Shown piece after piece: positions 52,773 to 63,370 of a stretch of 64,000 nt of DNA. The translations under genes were made by a program, and so were the position numbers. Within the stretch, counting starts at the first letter, position 1. Each line of letters begins with the position of its first letter. This DNA comes from an uncultured Planctomycetota bacterium (GTDB lineage Bacteria > Planctomycetota > Planctomycetia > Isosphaerales > Isosphaeraceae), in assembly GCA_963737655.1 (NCBI GenBank), contig CAVTTN010000002.1:1536001-1600000 (forward strand), in the 5' to 3' direction. Below the pieces are notes generated by a model that was not told the origin of the DNA, did not search any database, and saw only the letters and a list, made by a program, of their open reading frames with translations.

Positions 52773-53827
52773 TCAACGCTCGTAGATCGGCAGGAAGCGA
52801 TAGTTCAGGGCCAGGGCCAGGCAGGACATCGCCGTCCCCAGGGCGTTGCCGAACTGGCCGGGGATCGAGCCGTCGGCCTGCTGGGCGGCCTTGAGCTGGC
52901 GGATCAGCAGGCGATTCCACTTCTCCCAGGCGTCCAGGTCCCCCTGGAACAGCGCCTGGGACTGGTAATAGCGCGTATATTCGAGATAGCCGGGGCTGGG
53001 GGCGTCGAGCCTCTGGGTCAGGTAGCCGAGCGACGCCTTGTAGGTCGGCGCGTCCTTCCGGCGGGCCACGGCCTGCACGAGCGTGGCGATCGAGATCCTC
53101 GCCATCGACTCGTTGAACCCGCCCAGGCCGCCGGAATAGGCGACCTGGCCCGACCCGGCGGTCATCGACCGGAAGTATTCCAGGGCCTTCTCGATCGACT
53201 CATCCGGCACCTCGATCCCGGCGTTCCTCGCGGCGAGGAGGCCGACGAGGATGGCCCCGCTGACGGACGTGTCGGCGTCGGTCCCGCTGGGGGAGTACCT
53301 CCAGGCGCCGGTGGGGTTCTTCTTCTGCGAGGTCACGGCCGAGCGGACGGCCAGCTCCAGGGCCTGGCCGATCGATCGCTGGCCCCGGGCGGTCTTCTCG
53401 GGCCAGAGGTTCCTCTCGTCCACGGCGCCATAGGCTTCGGCCAGGGCGAGCATGCCGAACCCGTGGTGGTACATGCTGCCGCCGAGATAGCCGGTGGCGG
53501 CGTCCTGGTTGGAGATCAGGCTGCGGAGGGCCTTGCGGACGTGGGTGCTGTAGGGCCCGAAGTTGGGATCCTCGCCCGAGGCGAGGAAGGCCATGAGCGA
53601 CAGCCCGGTGATGGCGGGCCTCTCTGGCCGTCGTTGGGCCAGTCGCCGTCGGGGCCCTGGGTCCTGGCGAGGTACTGGACGCCGCGATCGTACATCTCGC
53701 GGACGTCCCGGGGCACGACCTCGCCGGACTTCGCCGAGAGCCCCTGGGCGGGGGCCGAGCCGGGTCGGATCGCCGCGAGGATCGCCACGGCGACGGCAAG
53801 GGCCAGGGAGCGGCGGCGGTCGGTCAT
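52773..53827 (-). CDS. secreted prenyltransferase/squalene-oxidase-repeat protein, frameshift near 53616
   Basis: Signal peptide; QW-like repeats (TQGPDGDW, QKKNPTGAWRY, QQADGS); MYHHGFGMLALAEAYG. ORFs 53516..53827 and 52773..53594 join by adding one C at ggccc(c)gcc. Confidence 0.82.
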
Positions 53828-53877
53828 CTCGGGATCGCTCCAGGAGGGAAGGCGAAGGCCGGCCGGTTCACTTCACT

Positions 53878-54738
53878 TCACTTCTTCGGCCCGGGGGCGT
53901 TGATGCGGTCCTTGTTGAGGAGGCCGTCGAGGTAGCCGTTCTGGCGGAGGAACGGTTCGAGGTTGCGGGCCCCGTCGATCTGGCGGGTCAGGAGCTTCCA
54001 CTGGGTCTCGTCCAGGAGGGGCCGGACCGCCTCCTCGGGCAGGTTGGCGAGCTGCCAGAGGACGATGTAATGGTCGTACTGGTCGGACCTTCGGGGCGGC
54101 TCGGTCCTCTCCAGGAGCATCTGGACGAGCTTCGCCCTCTGGTCCCCGCGGAATCCCACGGCGTTGTCGAGGAGGGCGACGCTGAGCTCGACCCGGGCCT
54201 TGTGCCGGGCCTTCCTCCGGTCGCGGAGGTTGGCCTCGAGGGCCTCGGCCTGGGCCGTGTCGAGCGTCGATCGGGCCGCCTTGAAGAACAACGACCCCTC
54301 GGCGAACGGCCCGGAGGCGAGCTCGTCCTGGATCGGCCGGATTTCTCGGAGCAGGTCGGAGATCTTCTGAGCGTCATCCTTCACGGCCAGGAACTTCCTC
54401 TTCATCGCGGCGACCCGGTCGAAGAGGTGCTTGACGTCTCCCCGGCCGGCAAGTTCGAGCCGGGCGACCTGGGCGTCGGTCAGATGGCAGGAACGGTCGA
54501 GCTCCTCGACCTGGATCGCCAGGGTCGAGAGCAGCCGGGTCCGGATGGCCGGCTCGTTCGAATTGGTGAAGATCCGCCTCTCGAAGACCTGCTCATTCCA
54601 GCCGTTCGCCCGGCGGACGATCACTTGCGGGGCGGGCACCTCGGGTTCGAGGTCGTCGTCGAGGTCCTGGGCCGTCGCCGGCGCCCCCAGGGCGATCAGC
54701 AGGAGGGCCGGGGCGATCGCGAGGAGGGTCCGGGGCAT
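53878..54738 (-). CDS. secreted helical hypothetical protein
   Basis: Signal peptide MPRTLLAIAPALLLIALGAPATA; LTDAQ-type repeats; within the operon. Confidence 0.75.
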   Translation of the reverse strand: MPRTLLAIAPALLLIALGAPATAQDLDDDLEPEVPAPQVIVRRANGWNEQVFERRIFTNSNEPAIRTRLLSTLAIQVEELDRSCHLTDAQVARLELAGRGDVKHLFDRVAAMKRKFLAVKDDAQKISDLLREIRPIQDELASGPFAEGSLFFKAARSTLDTAQAEALEANLRDRRKARHKARVELSVALLDNAVGFRGDQRAKLVQMLLERTEPPRRSDQYDHYIVLWQLANLPEEAVRPLLDETQWKLLTRQIDGARNLEPFLRQNGYLDGLLNKDRINAPGPKK

Positions 54739-54793
54739 CGCGAGGGGCTCCGGGTCGGGTCGGGGGAAGGGGGGAGAACGACGAGGATCGGCC

Positions 54794-55750
54794 CTAATCG
54801 CCGAACGGCGCCGGGAGGGCCGGCAGGAGGGGTTGCGGGGGCCTCTCGTCGGCGGGGAAGTCCTCGTCGGTCGCGACCGCATTGCCGAAGATCCCGGGCC
54901 CGTTGAAGACCGAGCCGGAGGTGCGGGCGTAACCGGTCCAGGCCCGCCTCTGGGCGGGCGTGAGCACCGCCTGGACGAGCGGCTCGGGGATCGACGGGAG
55001 GGTCCCGACGGCACCCGCGAAGGCGAACGACTCGGGCGACGGGAACCACAGGGCGTCGGCCTCCTTCGCCAGCGCCTGGCGGAGCGCCTGACGCTGCTCG
55101 GCCGAGAGCAGGAGCTCGGCGTCGAGCCGGGTCACTACGTTATCGATCGTGAGTTCCTGGATGTCCCGGGCCCGGCGTTCGGTCTCGGCGACGTAGAGGG
55201 CCGCCTGGTCGGCCGAGAGGTGGGGGCGGGCGGCGTCCAGGAGGGCCTCCTGGACGAGCCTCCGGGGCGCGGCCTGCTGGCCCTTCAGCTTGCTCCGGCC
55301 CTGCTGCCACTCGGCGTAGCGGCGGGCCGCGGCGACCGCCGCCTTGTCCCGGTCGGCGGCGATCGCCTTGCGCTGGTCGGCCGAGGCCCCGGTGACCGTC
55401 AGCAGCAGGTGGAGCTCGGTCCGGGCCAGGGGCTGGAACATCCCGGGGAGGAACTGGGCGATCATCGGGTCCACCTCGGCCCCGCCGACGATTTGCGCCG
55501 GGACAACCATCTTCATGATCGCCCCGTTGACCTGGACCGCCGGCGCCGGCGCCGGGAATGGGATGCGGACCTTCGCCGCCTCGACCCGTCGGGCCGGGGC
55601 GGCGGCCTTTTCGACGAGCTTGCCCTCCGCCGGCGGTGGCGGAGGGACCGCCGCGGGCTTCCCGTCCTGGCCGAAGGCGAGCGTCAGCGCCGAGGTCGCC
55701 ACGGCCACGGCCGAGGCGGTCAGGGCGCGAAGGAATCGGTTCATGGTCAT
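54794..55750 (-). CDS. secreted helical hypothetical protein, probable paralog of 53878..54738
   Basis: GGGGAGG RBS; signal peptide; LSADQ/LSAEQ/LTPAQ repeats. Confidence 0.75.
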   Translation of the reverse strand: MTMNRFLRALTASAVAVATSALTLAFGQDGKPAAVPPPPPAEGKLVEKAAAPARRVEAAKVRIPFPAPAPAVQVNGAIMKMVVPAQIVGGAEVDPMIAQFLPGMFQPLARTELHLLLTVTGASADQRKAIAADRDKAAVAAARRYAEWQQGRSKLKGQQAAPRRLVQEALLDAARPHLSADQAALYVAETERRARDIQELTIDNVVTRLDAELLLSAEQRQALRQALAKEADALWFPSPESFAFAGAVGTLPSIPEPLVQAVLTPAQRRAWTGYARTSGSVFNGPGIFGNAVATDEDFPADERPPQPLLPALPAPFGD

Positions 55751-55766
55751 GGTCGCCGCCCTCCCC

Positions 55767-58700
55767 TTATCGCCCGCCGGGCCGGCGATCGATCTTGTTG
55801 AAGTATTCATCGAGCCCGGAGCGGAACTCCTCGGGCAGGGCGGGGCCGGAGTCTCCGGTGGCCTGGGAGACGCCCCGGTCCTCGCGGACTTCCTTGGCAT
55901 TGAGCCCCTTGCCCACCAGGGCCAGGGCCGAGTCGGTGGTGGTCCCGCCTCCTCCGGCTCCCGGCGAGGCCCCTCCGCCCCCTCCGCCCCGGGGGTTGAT
56001 CCTCTTGGACTGGAGGAGAAGCTCGATCGCCTCGGTCTCGGCGGCGATCGCGGGCGACCCGGTCTCGGGCTTGCCGAGGATCTCCCGGGCGTCGTCCATC
56101 ACTCGCGAGACGGCCGCCAGCAGGGCCATCTCCTTGCCGAACTCGGCCTCGGAATCGGGCAGGCCGCGGATGCGTTCGTTGACCTTGTCGATCCGGGTCT
56201 TGAGCACTTCCTGAGTGCCGGAGAGCCTCAGCCCGGTCCGGGAGTGGTCCTCGGCCGGGAGCGCGGGTTTGGCCTGCTCGGCCACGCGGGTCTCCTCGCG
56301 GAGGTTGATCTCCGCCTCCAGGACCTGGAGGATCTCCAGGACGACCGACGGCGGGAGGCTCGCCCGCGACTTGCCCCCGGGGCACTTGCCGCTGGCCGAG
56401 GGATCGACGAGGTCCTCGGCCCAGCGGTCCAGGGTGTCGGACCAGTACTCGGCCTGGGCGATCGACACGCCGTTCTCCTTGCTGAGGTCGTCGCCGAGCT
56501 GCCGGAGGGCCCCGATGACGTCCTGCTTGCGCATGTCGTCCAGGACGGTCTTGATCCTCTGCATCTGTCGGCGTTCGAGGAAGCTTTGCATGTCATCCAT
56601 GATGACCGAGACGACCAGGCTCCCCTTGGTTTCCAGGGACGCGGCCTCGGAGAGGCCCTCGGCCGCCTTGCCCGCGGCCCCCGGCATGCCGAAGGCGGTG
56701 TCCACGACCCCCTGGATTCGCCCGGCGATCTTGTCCTGCTGGCGGGACTGGGCCTTCAGCCTCTTGACCAGGGTGCTGCCTTCGAGGTTGGCGAGCACCT
56801 TGTTCATCTCGTCGGCGAGCTTCTCGAACTCCTCCAGGAGCTCTTTTTGCTCGACCACGGCCTCTTCCAGGGACTCCTCGGCCGGGTCGTCGGGCTTCGG
56901 CGGGGTCTTCGCCGCCTTGCCGCCGAGGGTGGTGACCGGGAGGCGGAGGGCCGACGACTTGGCCTTGGCCTGGCCCGGCTCCTCGGGCTTGAACCCCTTG
57001 TTGTAGTCCTGCAACTGCGACTCGCGATCGGCGACCGTCGGGGCGCTCGGCTTGGGCTTCTCGCCGGGCTTGGTGGCGTCTCCGGGCAGGGGCGGCTGGC
57101 CGCCCTTGACCTGCCCGGCCATCGGCGCCTTGCCCTTGGGGCTCAGCTGGGCGAGCGACGGGGCCTGGGCCGATTGCTTCAGGAGGTCGGCGACCGAGGG
57201 CATCCGGTTGGCCGAGATGTCCTTGAGGATTTGCAGGGCCTCGCCCCACTTTTCGAGGTGGCCGACGCCGATCTCGGGGTTCCTCATGGCCTGCTTGATC
57301 AGGTCCTCGCCCGAGTTCACCAGGCCGGAGAGCCTCCGGCCGTTGTTCCCTTCGGCCAGGGCCTGCGCCTCCAGCTTCTTGCGGGCCTCGGGCCGGTCGA
57401 TCTCCTCGGGCGTCATGGCGCGGATCTGCTTGTTCGCCTCGTGGAGCTGCATCTCGCGGTCGCGGACCTCCAGAGACTGCCGGTGCCACTTGCTCATCTG
57501 CTCGGTCAGCCAGATGGCGTGCTGCTCGGCGTTCAGGACGAAGAAGGTGTGGGGCGACGAGTAGACGCGTTCGCGGCCGGGCAGGTAGTCCTCGACCCAG
57601 GCGCGGACCTGGACGGCCTGGGGCTCGATCCCCAGGGTCTTGGCGGCGAAGACGCCGGCCAGGTCCAGCGAGTCCTTCTCCGGCCCGCCGGCGCCGAGGA
57701 CCATCTCGCCCTGGGCCGGGGACTTGACGGAGCCGTCGTCGGCCCCCTGCCACTCGATGCCCGCCCTCTTCACGCCGAAGTCGTCCTGGGCGCGGACGCG
57801 GAAGGCCAACTGCTCGATGTCCAGGAGCACTTTTTGACGAGGGAGGTCCTCGACGACCAGGGTCGGGGCCTCGTCGTCCCTCGCCGCGATCGCCACGGAG
57901 AACGGCTCCTTGCCTTCGAGCCCGAAGGCGTCCTTCCAGCGGAATTCGACCTTCCTCGGGCCGTCGATCACGAGGGTCGGCCCCGGGATCGTGGCGCCGA
58001 TGGGGGCGATCGGCTGGCCGTCGATCCATGAGGCCGAGAGCTCCCGGCCGGCGACGGCGCGGAACGTGGCGCGGCTGCCCCGGACGAGCGTGGCCGAGCC
58101 GCCCCGGACGTCCTTCGCCAGGGGAGACGGCCGTTCGAGGTACTCGGGCAGGCGGACCTCGGCGACGACCGAGGCGAGCTCGGGCCGGTGGGTCGGCTCG
58201 ACGCGGACGGTCCGCGAGGCATCGCCGATCTTCAGTTCGAGGGACCCGGGCTCGATCTGTGCGGGCATCGCGAATTCATACGAACCGCCCCGCAACGACG
58301 CCGAGACGGGCCTCCGCGAGCCGAGCCGGACCGTCCCCGCCTCGGGCTTCCATTCCGAGCCTTCGGCGAGGCGGGCCGTCAGGGTGAACGGCTCGCCGTG
58401 GGGGACGACCAGTCTCGAGGGCAGGGGGGCGAGCGCGGCGAAGGTGTACCGGGGCGGCCCGCCCCACGGAGAGACCAGCCGGGCCCAGGCGTTCGAGGCC
58501 GCGGCCGGCACGGCGACGGCCAGGGCCACCGCCGCGATCGCGGGCACCGCCGCCAGGACCGCCCACAGGCGATGCCGCGGCGAGGGGACGGCGTCCGAGA
58601 AGTCGCGCTTCCGGGCGTCCTCGGCGACCTGGACGATGGCCGCCTCGCAGAGGCGGAGCGAACGGGCCTGCTCCGAGCCGTCCCGGACGAGCTCGATGAT

Positions 58701-59039
58701 CCCGAGGAGACGATCGCCGATGTGAGGATGAGTGCGGGTCAAGAGCCGGGCGAGCTGGTCGGCCCGGCGGTTCCTCCAGACCCAGCGATACAGGGCGATC
58801 GGCACGGCCAGGAGCGAGAGGCTCGCCAGGGCGAACAGCCCCAGGCGGACCCCCCCGGGCGAGTCGATCGCGCGATCCAGGCCGAACAGCACGAGATAGG
58901 CGGCCAGCACGCCGAAGGCGGCGATGCAAAGGCCCTGGGCGGTCTTCCGCGACCAGACCCGGGCCCGGAACGCGGCGAGTTGCTCGCGGAGAGAGTCGGG
59001 GATCTGCAAGCGGCCGTGGACGTGTCCGACGCTCATCAT
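55767..59039 (-). CDS. large membrane-anchored coiled-coil protein (DUF4175-like architecture)
   Basis: Three N-terminal TM helices, Ig-like middle (AQDDFGV), long helical region, C-terminal LPEEFRSGLDEYFNKI. Confidence 0.8.
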   Translation of the reverse strand: MMSVGHVHGRLQIPDSLREQLAAFRARVWSRKTAQGLCIAAFGVLAAYLVLFGLDRAIDSPGGVRLGLFALASLSLLAVPIALYRWVWRNRRADQLARLLTRTHPHIGDRLLGIIELVRDGSEQARSLRLCEAAIVQVAEDARKRDFSDAVPSPRHRLWAVLAAVPAIAAVALAVAVPAAASNAWARLVSPWGGPPRYTFAALAPLPSRLVVPHGEPFTLTARLAEGSEWKPEAGTVRLGSRRPVSASLRGGSYEFAMPAQIEPGSLELKIGDASRTVRVEPTHRPELASVVAEVRLPEYLERPSPLAKDVRGGSATLVRGSRATFRAVAGRELSASWIDGQPIAPIGATIPGPTLVIDGPRKVEFRWKDAFGLEGKEPFSVAIAARDDEAPTLVVEDLPRQKVLLDIEQLAFRVRAQDDFGVKRAGIEWQGADDGSVKSPAQGEMVLGAGGPEKDSLDLAGVFAAKTLGIEPQAVQVRAWVEDYLPGRERVYSSPHTFFVLNAEQHAIWLTEQMSKWHRQSLEVRDREMQLHEANKQIRAMTPEEIDRPEARKKLEAQALAEGNNGRRLSGLVNSGEDLIKQAMRNPEIGVGHLEKWGEALQILKDISANRMPSVADLLKQSAQAPSLAQLSPKGKAPMAGQVKGGQPPLPGDATKPGEKPKPSAPTVADRESQLQDYNKGFKPEEPGQAKAKSSALRLPVTTLGGKAAKTPPKPDDPAEESLEEAVVEQKELLEEFEKLADEMNKVLANLEGSTLVKRLKAQSRQQDKIAGRIQGVVDTAFGMPGAAGKAAEGLSEAASLETKGSLVVSVIMDDMQSFLERRQMQRIKTVLDDMRKQDVIGALRQLGDDLSKENGVSIAQAEYWSDTLDRWAEDLVDPSASGKCPGGKSRASLPPSVVLEILQVLEAEINLREETRVAEQAKPALPAEDHSRTGLRLSGTQEVLKTRIDKVNERIRGLPDSEAEFGKEMALLAAVSRVMDDAREILGKPETGSPAIAAETEAIELLLQSKRINPRGGGGGGASPGAGGGGTTTDSALALVGKGLNAKEVREDRGVSQATGDSGPALPEEFRSGLDEYFNKIDRRPGGR

Positions 59040-59147
59040 CGACTGACCTCCGGGTCGAGGCTACCTACCGCGGGGTTCCGTCGCCACCGAATCCTTCGCC
59101 GATTCGTCCGGCCCGGACTCCCCGAAGGAATCCGGCTCAGGGGGATA

Positions 59148-61346
59148 TCATACAAGGCCGATCCTCTTGCGTCCCACCCAAAATAGTCCCATGAAGAAAA
59201 CGACGATCGCCGCCGGCAGGGGGTGGCTCCAGAGCTGGACCCGGCGGACGGCCGGAGGGGGGTCGGGCAGGTCGCCCAGGGACCGGACGACGTCGGCGAT
59301 CTTCTCGGGGCCGACGCTCTGGCCCCGGGTCACCCGGGCGATCTCCTCCAGGACCTCGGGCCTCGCCGGCTTGCCCAGCGGCTCGGCGGCTTCCCCCTGG
59401 ACGAAGAAGGTGGTCTCCAGGGTCGCCCCGGTCTGCTTGCACGCGAGGAGGACCTTGTGGGTGCCCGCCTCCTCGGCCGAGAACCGGCCGGCGAAGACGC
59501 CCCACTCGTCCCCCTCGGAGCCGAGCCGGACGAGCTCGGACTTGCCCGACGGCGCCGTGATCCGGGCCGTCACGTCCCCCCCGTGCAGGGGCTCGCCCGA
59601 GCGGTCCATCACGTTGGCGTGGAGGGCGAGCGTCTGGTTCTTCCTCGGCTGGTCGGGGACGTAGAACAGCCTCATGGTCTCCCCCTTGGCCATGTTGCGC
59701 TGGTACGCCATCCACCGGACGACCTGGCCCCAGAAGCGATAATGGTACTTGTCCTCGACCCCCTTCCGCCACCTCCAGGCGCCGTCGGTGCCCATGAAGA
59801 GCACCTTGCCGGCGCCGAAGGTCCGCGTGACGAGCAGGGGGATTCGGCCGAACTCGTTGAAGGCGTCCTTGTGGACGGCCAGGACGTCGCTGCCGGCCTT
59901 GGCCTTCAGGGCCGGGGCGTGCCACTGGAAGCCGGGGAGGCCCTCCCAGACCTCGGCGTTGTCGTCCTGGGTGTCGGCCAGCTTGGTCAGGAGGCTCCGC
60001 CGGCCCGACTCGGTCAATTCGAAGTGGCTGGGCGTCCGCGAGCCCCAGCCCCCGGGCTGCGAGGGGTCCAGGACGACCGGGCAGAGGTCGCCGAGCTCGG
60101 TGTCCATCAACGAGAATTCGCGCCCGTCCCATCCGGGCATGAACACCAGGCCGCTCGCCTGGTGCTCGACGATCCCCTTGAGCAACCGGCATTGCTCGGC
60201 CGTGAGCTGGCCGTCCTCGACGCCCACGTCGCCGAGGAACACCACGTCGAACTTCGAGAGCTCGTCCAGGCCGTTGGGGAACGCCTTGATGTAGTCCTTG
60301 TTCCCTCCGCCGACCTTCCCCAGGCCCGGGTGGAACAGGAGGCACGAGAGCTCGACGCCCGGGTCTCGCGACAGGGCGTTCCTCAGGTAGCGATATTCCC
60401 AGCGGGGGAGCGATTCGACGATCAGGACGCGGAGCTTTTCCTCGCGGATGGCGATCGGGGCCGAGAGCGTGTTGTTGTCGGCCAGGGCCTCGTCGGGATG
60501 CTTCGGGACGGAGAGGCCGACGGTGAAATCCCCCGTGCCCTTGGGCTTCCAGACGATCCAGTCGCTGGTCCGGCCCATCGGGGCCACGCGGACTTCCTTG
60601 GTCACGGAATCGCCGTCGGACGCCTTCAGCGTCACCGTGGTCACGTACTCGCGGGGCAAGGAGCTCTCGATCGTGAACGGGATGCGGACGGCCTTGCCCG
60701 CCACGCCGAAGGTGGGGGCGTCCAGGCTCAGCAGTTCCACGTCGGGCAATCGCGAGGCGCTGCCGGCCGGGACGGTGAAGACCGGGACGCCCTTGACCCG
60801 GAGCTTCGCCGCGGCGCCGACCGGGGGCAGCCCCTCGTTCCAGTCGCCGTCGGAGGCGAGGACCACGCCCAGGAGGTTGGGGATCGTCTCTCCGGCGCGG
60901 TCCAGGGGGGCGAAGAGGTCGGTCCCCTTGCCGGTCTTCTCGGGGGCGAACGGCTGGATCACCACGTTCATCCGGGATCGCAAGGCCGCCCACGTCGCCG
61001 GGTCGGAGACGGCGGCCACGGCCTCCCGACGGGAGCTCGGCGGCGAGCCCGGGTTGGCCGACCGGACGACGTCGCGGGTGTCCATGCTCGCCGATTCGTC
61101 CACGAGGACGGCGATCGTCGGGCGTTCCTCGGGGCGGTACTCCTCGACCCATTCGGGCTGATTCAGGAGCGCCGCCGCCGCGACGACCAGGGCCAATCGG
61201 ATCGATTCCAGGGCCGCGACCGGCCCTCGGTAGCCGCTCCGTTTCCAGGCGACCAGGCCGAGCCCGGCCGCGATCGCGATCGCGACGACCGAGACGGCGA
61301 GGGTCCACGGCGTCCAGAGGAACGTCAACGATCGGCTCACGTTCAT
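59148..61346 (-). CDS. membrane protein with VWA-like and glutamine-amidotransferase-like domains
   Basis: TGATG coupling with the upstream gene. Motifs: LVDESASM (MIDAS-like), LASDG, PRWEYRYLRNAL, FGAGKVLFMGTDGAWRWR..FWGQVVRW. Confidence 0.85.
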   Translation of the reverse strand: MNVSRSLTFLWTPWTLAVSVVAIAIAAGLGLVAWKRSGYRGPVAALESIRLALVVAAAALLNQPEWVEEYRPEERPTIAVLVDESASMDTRDVVRSANPGSPPSSRREAVAAVSDPATWAALRSRMNVVIQPFAPEKTGKGTDLFAPLDRAGETIPNLLGVVLASDGDWNEGLPPVGAAAKLRVKGVPVFTVPAGSASRLPDVELLSLDAPTFGVAGKAVRIPFTIESSLPREYVTTVTLKASDGDSVTKEVRVAPMGRTSDWIVWKPKGTGDFTVGLSVPKHPDEALADNNTLSAPIAIREEKLRVLIVESLPRWEYRYLRNALSRDPGVELSCLLFHPGLGKVGGGNKDYIKAFPNGLDELSKFDVVFLGDVGVEDGQLTAEQCRLLKGIVEHQASGLVFMPGWDGREFSLMDTELGDLCPVVLDPSQPGGWGSRTPSHFELTESGRRSLLTKLADTQDDNAEVWEGLPGFQWHAPALKAKAGSDVLAVHKDAFNEFGRIPLLVTRTFGAGKVLFMGTDGAWRWRKGVEDKYHYRFWGQVVRWMAYQRNMAKGETMRLFYVPDQPRKNQTLALHANVMDRSGEPLHGGDVTARITAPSGKSELVRLGSEGDEWGVFAGRFSAEEAGTHKVLLACKQTGATLETTFFVQGEAAEPLGKPARPEVLEEIARVTRGQSVGPEKIADVVRSLGDLPDPPPAVRRVQLWSHPLPAAIVVFFMGLFWVGRKRIGLV

Positions 61347-63370
61347 CACGAGGCGGCCTCCGCGAGCCGAGGGGGGGGCGGCATCAAGCCCGTCGTCGCC
61401 GGCTTCGGGGCCTTCGGCAGGCACAGGGCGGCCTCGGCGAGCATGGCCACGATCATGGCCGCCAGGAACAGCCGCCAGACCTCCTGGATCAGGGAGCCGA
61501 GGCTGCCGGCGCGGTCGTCCACCCGGCTGAAATCCAGCCCTCGGAACAGCGCCTCGACCTTCCCATCCGCCAGGACGGCCGCCGAATCCTCGGCCTCCGG
61601 CCGGTTGATCGCCAGGAGCCGATCGCCCGATTGATAGACGCCCGGGAGGATCGGCGAATCGGTCGAAAGGCCGTCCGCGGGGCCGGCCAGGCGCTTCCAC
61701 GACGCCGGGTCTTCGCCGACGATCGGCTCGCCGGCCGAGACCTGGCGGGTCGGCCCGAGCGAGGCCGCGCCGGAGGCCATCGCCCTCTGGAGGAGGACGT
61801 ACAGGACCACGCCCTCGGTCGCCATCGACGACGAATCCGGGCCCGGGTTCGTGGCGAGGAACCAGACGCCCCGCCGGCTCGCCGAGGAAGCGAGCAGCGG
61901 GGCGCCACCTCGGAGGGTCGCCCGAGGCGTCCGCTCGCCCGAGATCCCGCACGCCCGGCGGACCTTCAGCGACCCGACCGGCAGGGCCGCCCCGCTCTGG
62001 GTGTTCGCCAGGAGGCCCGCGTCTCCTCTCCAGGATTCGACCGTGCCTTCGGGCTTGAGATCGCTCCACGACGTCCACGAAATCCCGGCGAACCGGGCCG
62101 GATTCGGGCTCTTCGGGGGCAGGAACAGGACCGAGCCGCCGCGATCGGCCAGCGCCTCGACCCGTTTCGCCGAGTCCCCTTCGGGCAAGGGGGCCTGCCA
62201 GACGAGCAGGGCCACGCGGTCCCAGTCGACCGTGGCCAAACCGTCCGGCGCGACGACCTCGGCCGATTCGGGCACGCCCGGATCGGGCGAGATCGACGCC
62301 GCGAGCCGGATCGGCAAGGCCGTCGCCGGGTCCTCGGCCACGATCACCGCGAGCCTCGGCTCGGGCTTCGCGAAGGTGAAGAAGAACTCGTTGTCGGCCG
62401 GGTTGGTGTCGGCCGGGATCGAGACCTTGCCCCAGCCTCGATCGAGGTTCGACCCCAGGGGGATGCGGTGCTCCTTCACCTCGGCGCGATTGCCGGCGAT
62501 CTCGACGGGGACCTCGGTCCTCGCCCCGCCGATCTCGAACTGGATGGGGACGGTCGCGCGGAAGGACGGGTCCTCCGGCCCCTCGCGCTTCAGGCTCAGC
62601 GAGACGAGCAGTTCGGAGGCGTCGCCGGCCTTCTGCCTCTTCGCCTCGGTCACGCGGACCGAGAGGTTGCCGGGGGCGGCCTGGGGATAGGCCAGCAAGT
62701 GGAACCGGACGGCCTGGGGGAACTCGCGGAAGCTCTCGCGGAGGGCCTGCCACCGGCCGCTCTCGGCGTTCCAGTCGTTCTCGCGGAGGTCGGAGAGGAC
62801 CCAGACCTCGGTCCGGCCCGGCTTGTTCGAGCGGATGTAGTCGCGGGCCGAGCCGAGCATAGCGGGGAGGTCCGACGGCGAGGCGACCCCCTCGACCGCG
62901 GGGGACGAGGCGAGGACGTCGATCGAATCAATCTCCCTCGCCGCGTTCGTCCCGCCTTCGATCAGGACCCACCGGGCCGAGCCGATCGTCTTCAGGGCCG
63001 AGGCGAGCTGGCGGCGGCCCGTCTCGAGCTTGGAGCCGCCGTCGCCGTCCCCCTTCTGGGCCAGGCTGGGGGAGCGATCGACCAGGACGATGGTCGTCTC
63101 CGGCCTCCCCCCGCCGGCCCGGCCGACCCAGCCGCCGGCCAGCGGGCGGCTGATCGCGAAAATCAGCCCGGCGAGGGCCAGCATCCTCATGGCGAGGATC
63201 AAATACTGGCGGAGCCTGGCATAGCCGCGAGACATCCGGTTGGCGGCCAGGAGGAACATCATCGCGGCCCAGCGGACGGTCTGGAACCGCCTCTGGTTGA
63301 TCAGGTGGATCAGGATCGGCAGCCCGATCAAGGGCAGGGCCACCAGGAGGAACGGCTGGAGGAAGCTCAT
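61346..63370 (-). CDS. BatA (aerotolerance regulator N-terminal) domain protein with VWA-like domain
   Basis: MSFLQPFLLVALPLIGLPILIHLINQRRFQTVRWAAMMFL; VDRSPS; VLSD; C-terminal TM helix. Confidence 0.88.
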   Translation of the reverse strand: MSFLQPFLLVALPLIGLPILIHLINQRRFQTVRWAAMMFLLAANRMSRGYARLRQYLILAMRMLALAGLIFAISRPLAGGWVGRAGGGRPETTIVLVDRSPSLAQKGDGDGGSKLETGRRQLASALKTIGSARWVLIEGGTNAAREIDSIDVLASSPAVEGVASPSDLPAMLGSARDYIRSNKPGRTEVWVLSDLRENDWNAESGRWQALRESFREFPQAVRFHLLAYPQAAPGNLSVRVTEAKRQKAGDASELLVSLSLKREGPEDPSFRATVPIQFEIGGARTEVPVEIAGNRAEVKEHRIPLGSNLDRGWGKVSIPADTNPADNEFFFTFAKPEPRLAVIVAEDPATALPIRLAASISPDPGVPESAEVVAPDGLATVDWDRVALLVWQAPLPEGDSAKRVEALADRGGSVLFLPPKSPNPARFAGISWTSWSDLKPEGTVESWRGDAGLLANTQSGAALPVGSLKVRRACGISGERTPRATLRGGAPLLASSASRRGVWFLATNPGPDSSSMATEGVVLYVLLQRAMASGAASLGPTRQVSAGEPIVGEDPASWKRLAGPADGLSTDSPILPGVYQSGDRLLAINRPEAEDSAAVLADGKVEALFRGLDFSRVDDRAGSLGSLIQEVWRLFLAAMIVAMLAEAALCLPKAPKPATTGLMPPPPRLAEAAS

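Noticed and set aside
52773..53827. Squalene-hopene cyclase / terpene biosynthetic cluster
   Set aside because: Too short (~350 aa), has a signal peptide, lacks DxDD and has no isoprenoid genes nearby.
59060..59140. Imperfect intergenic hairpin (also one at ~44640-44700) as REP element or ncRNA
   Set aside because: Single copies with no shared sequence and no U-tract; cannot be supported beyond generic mRNA structure.
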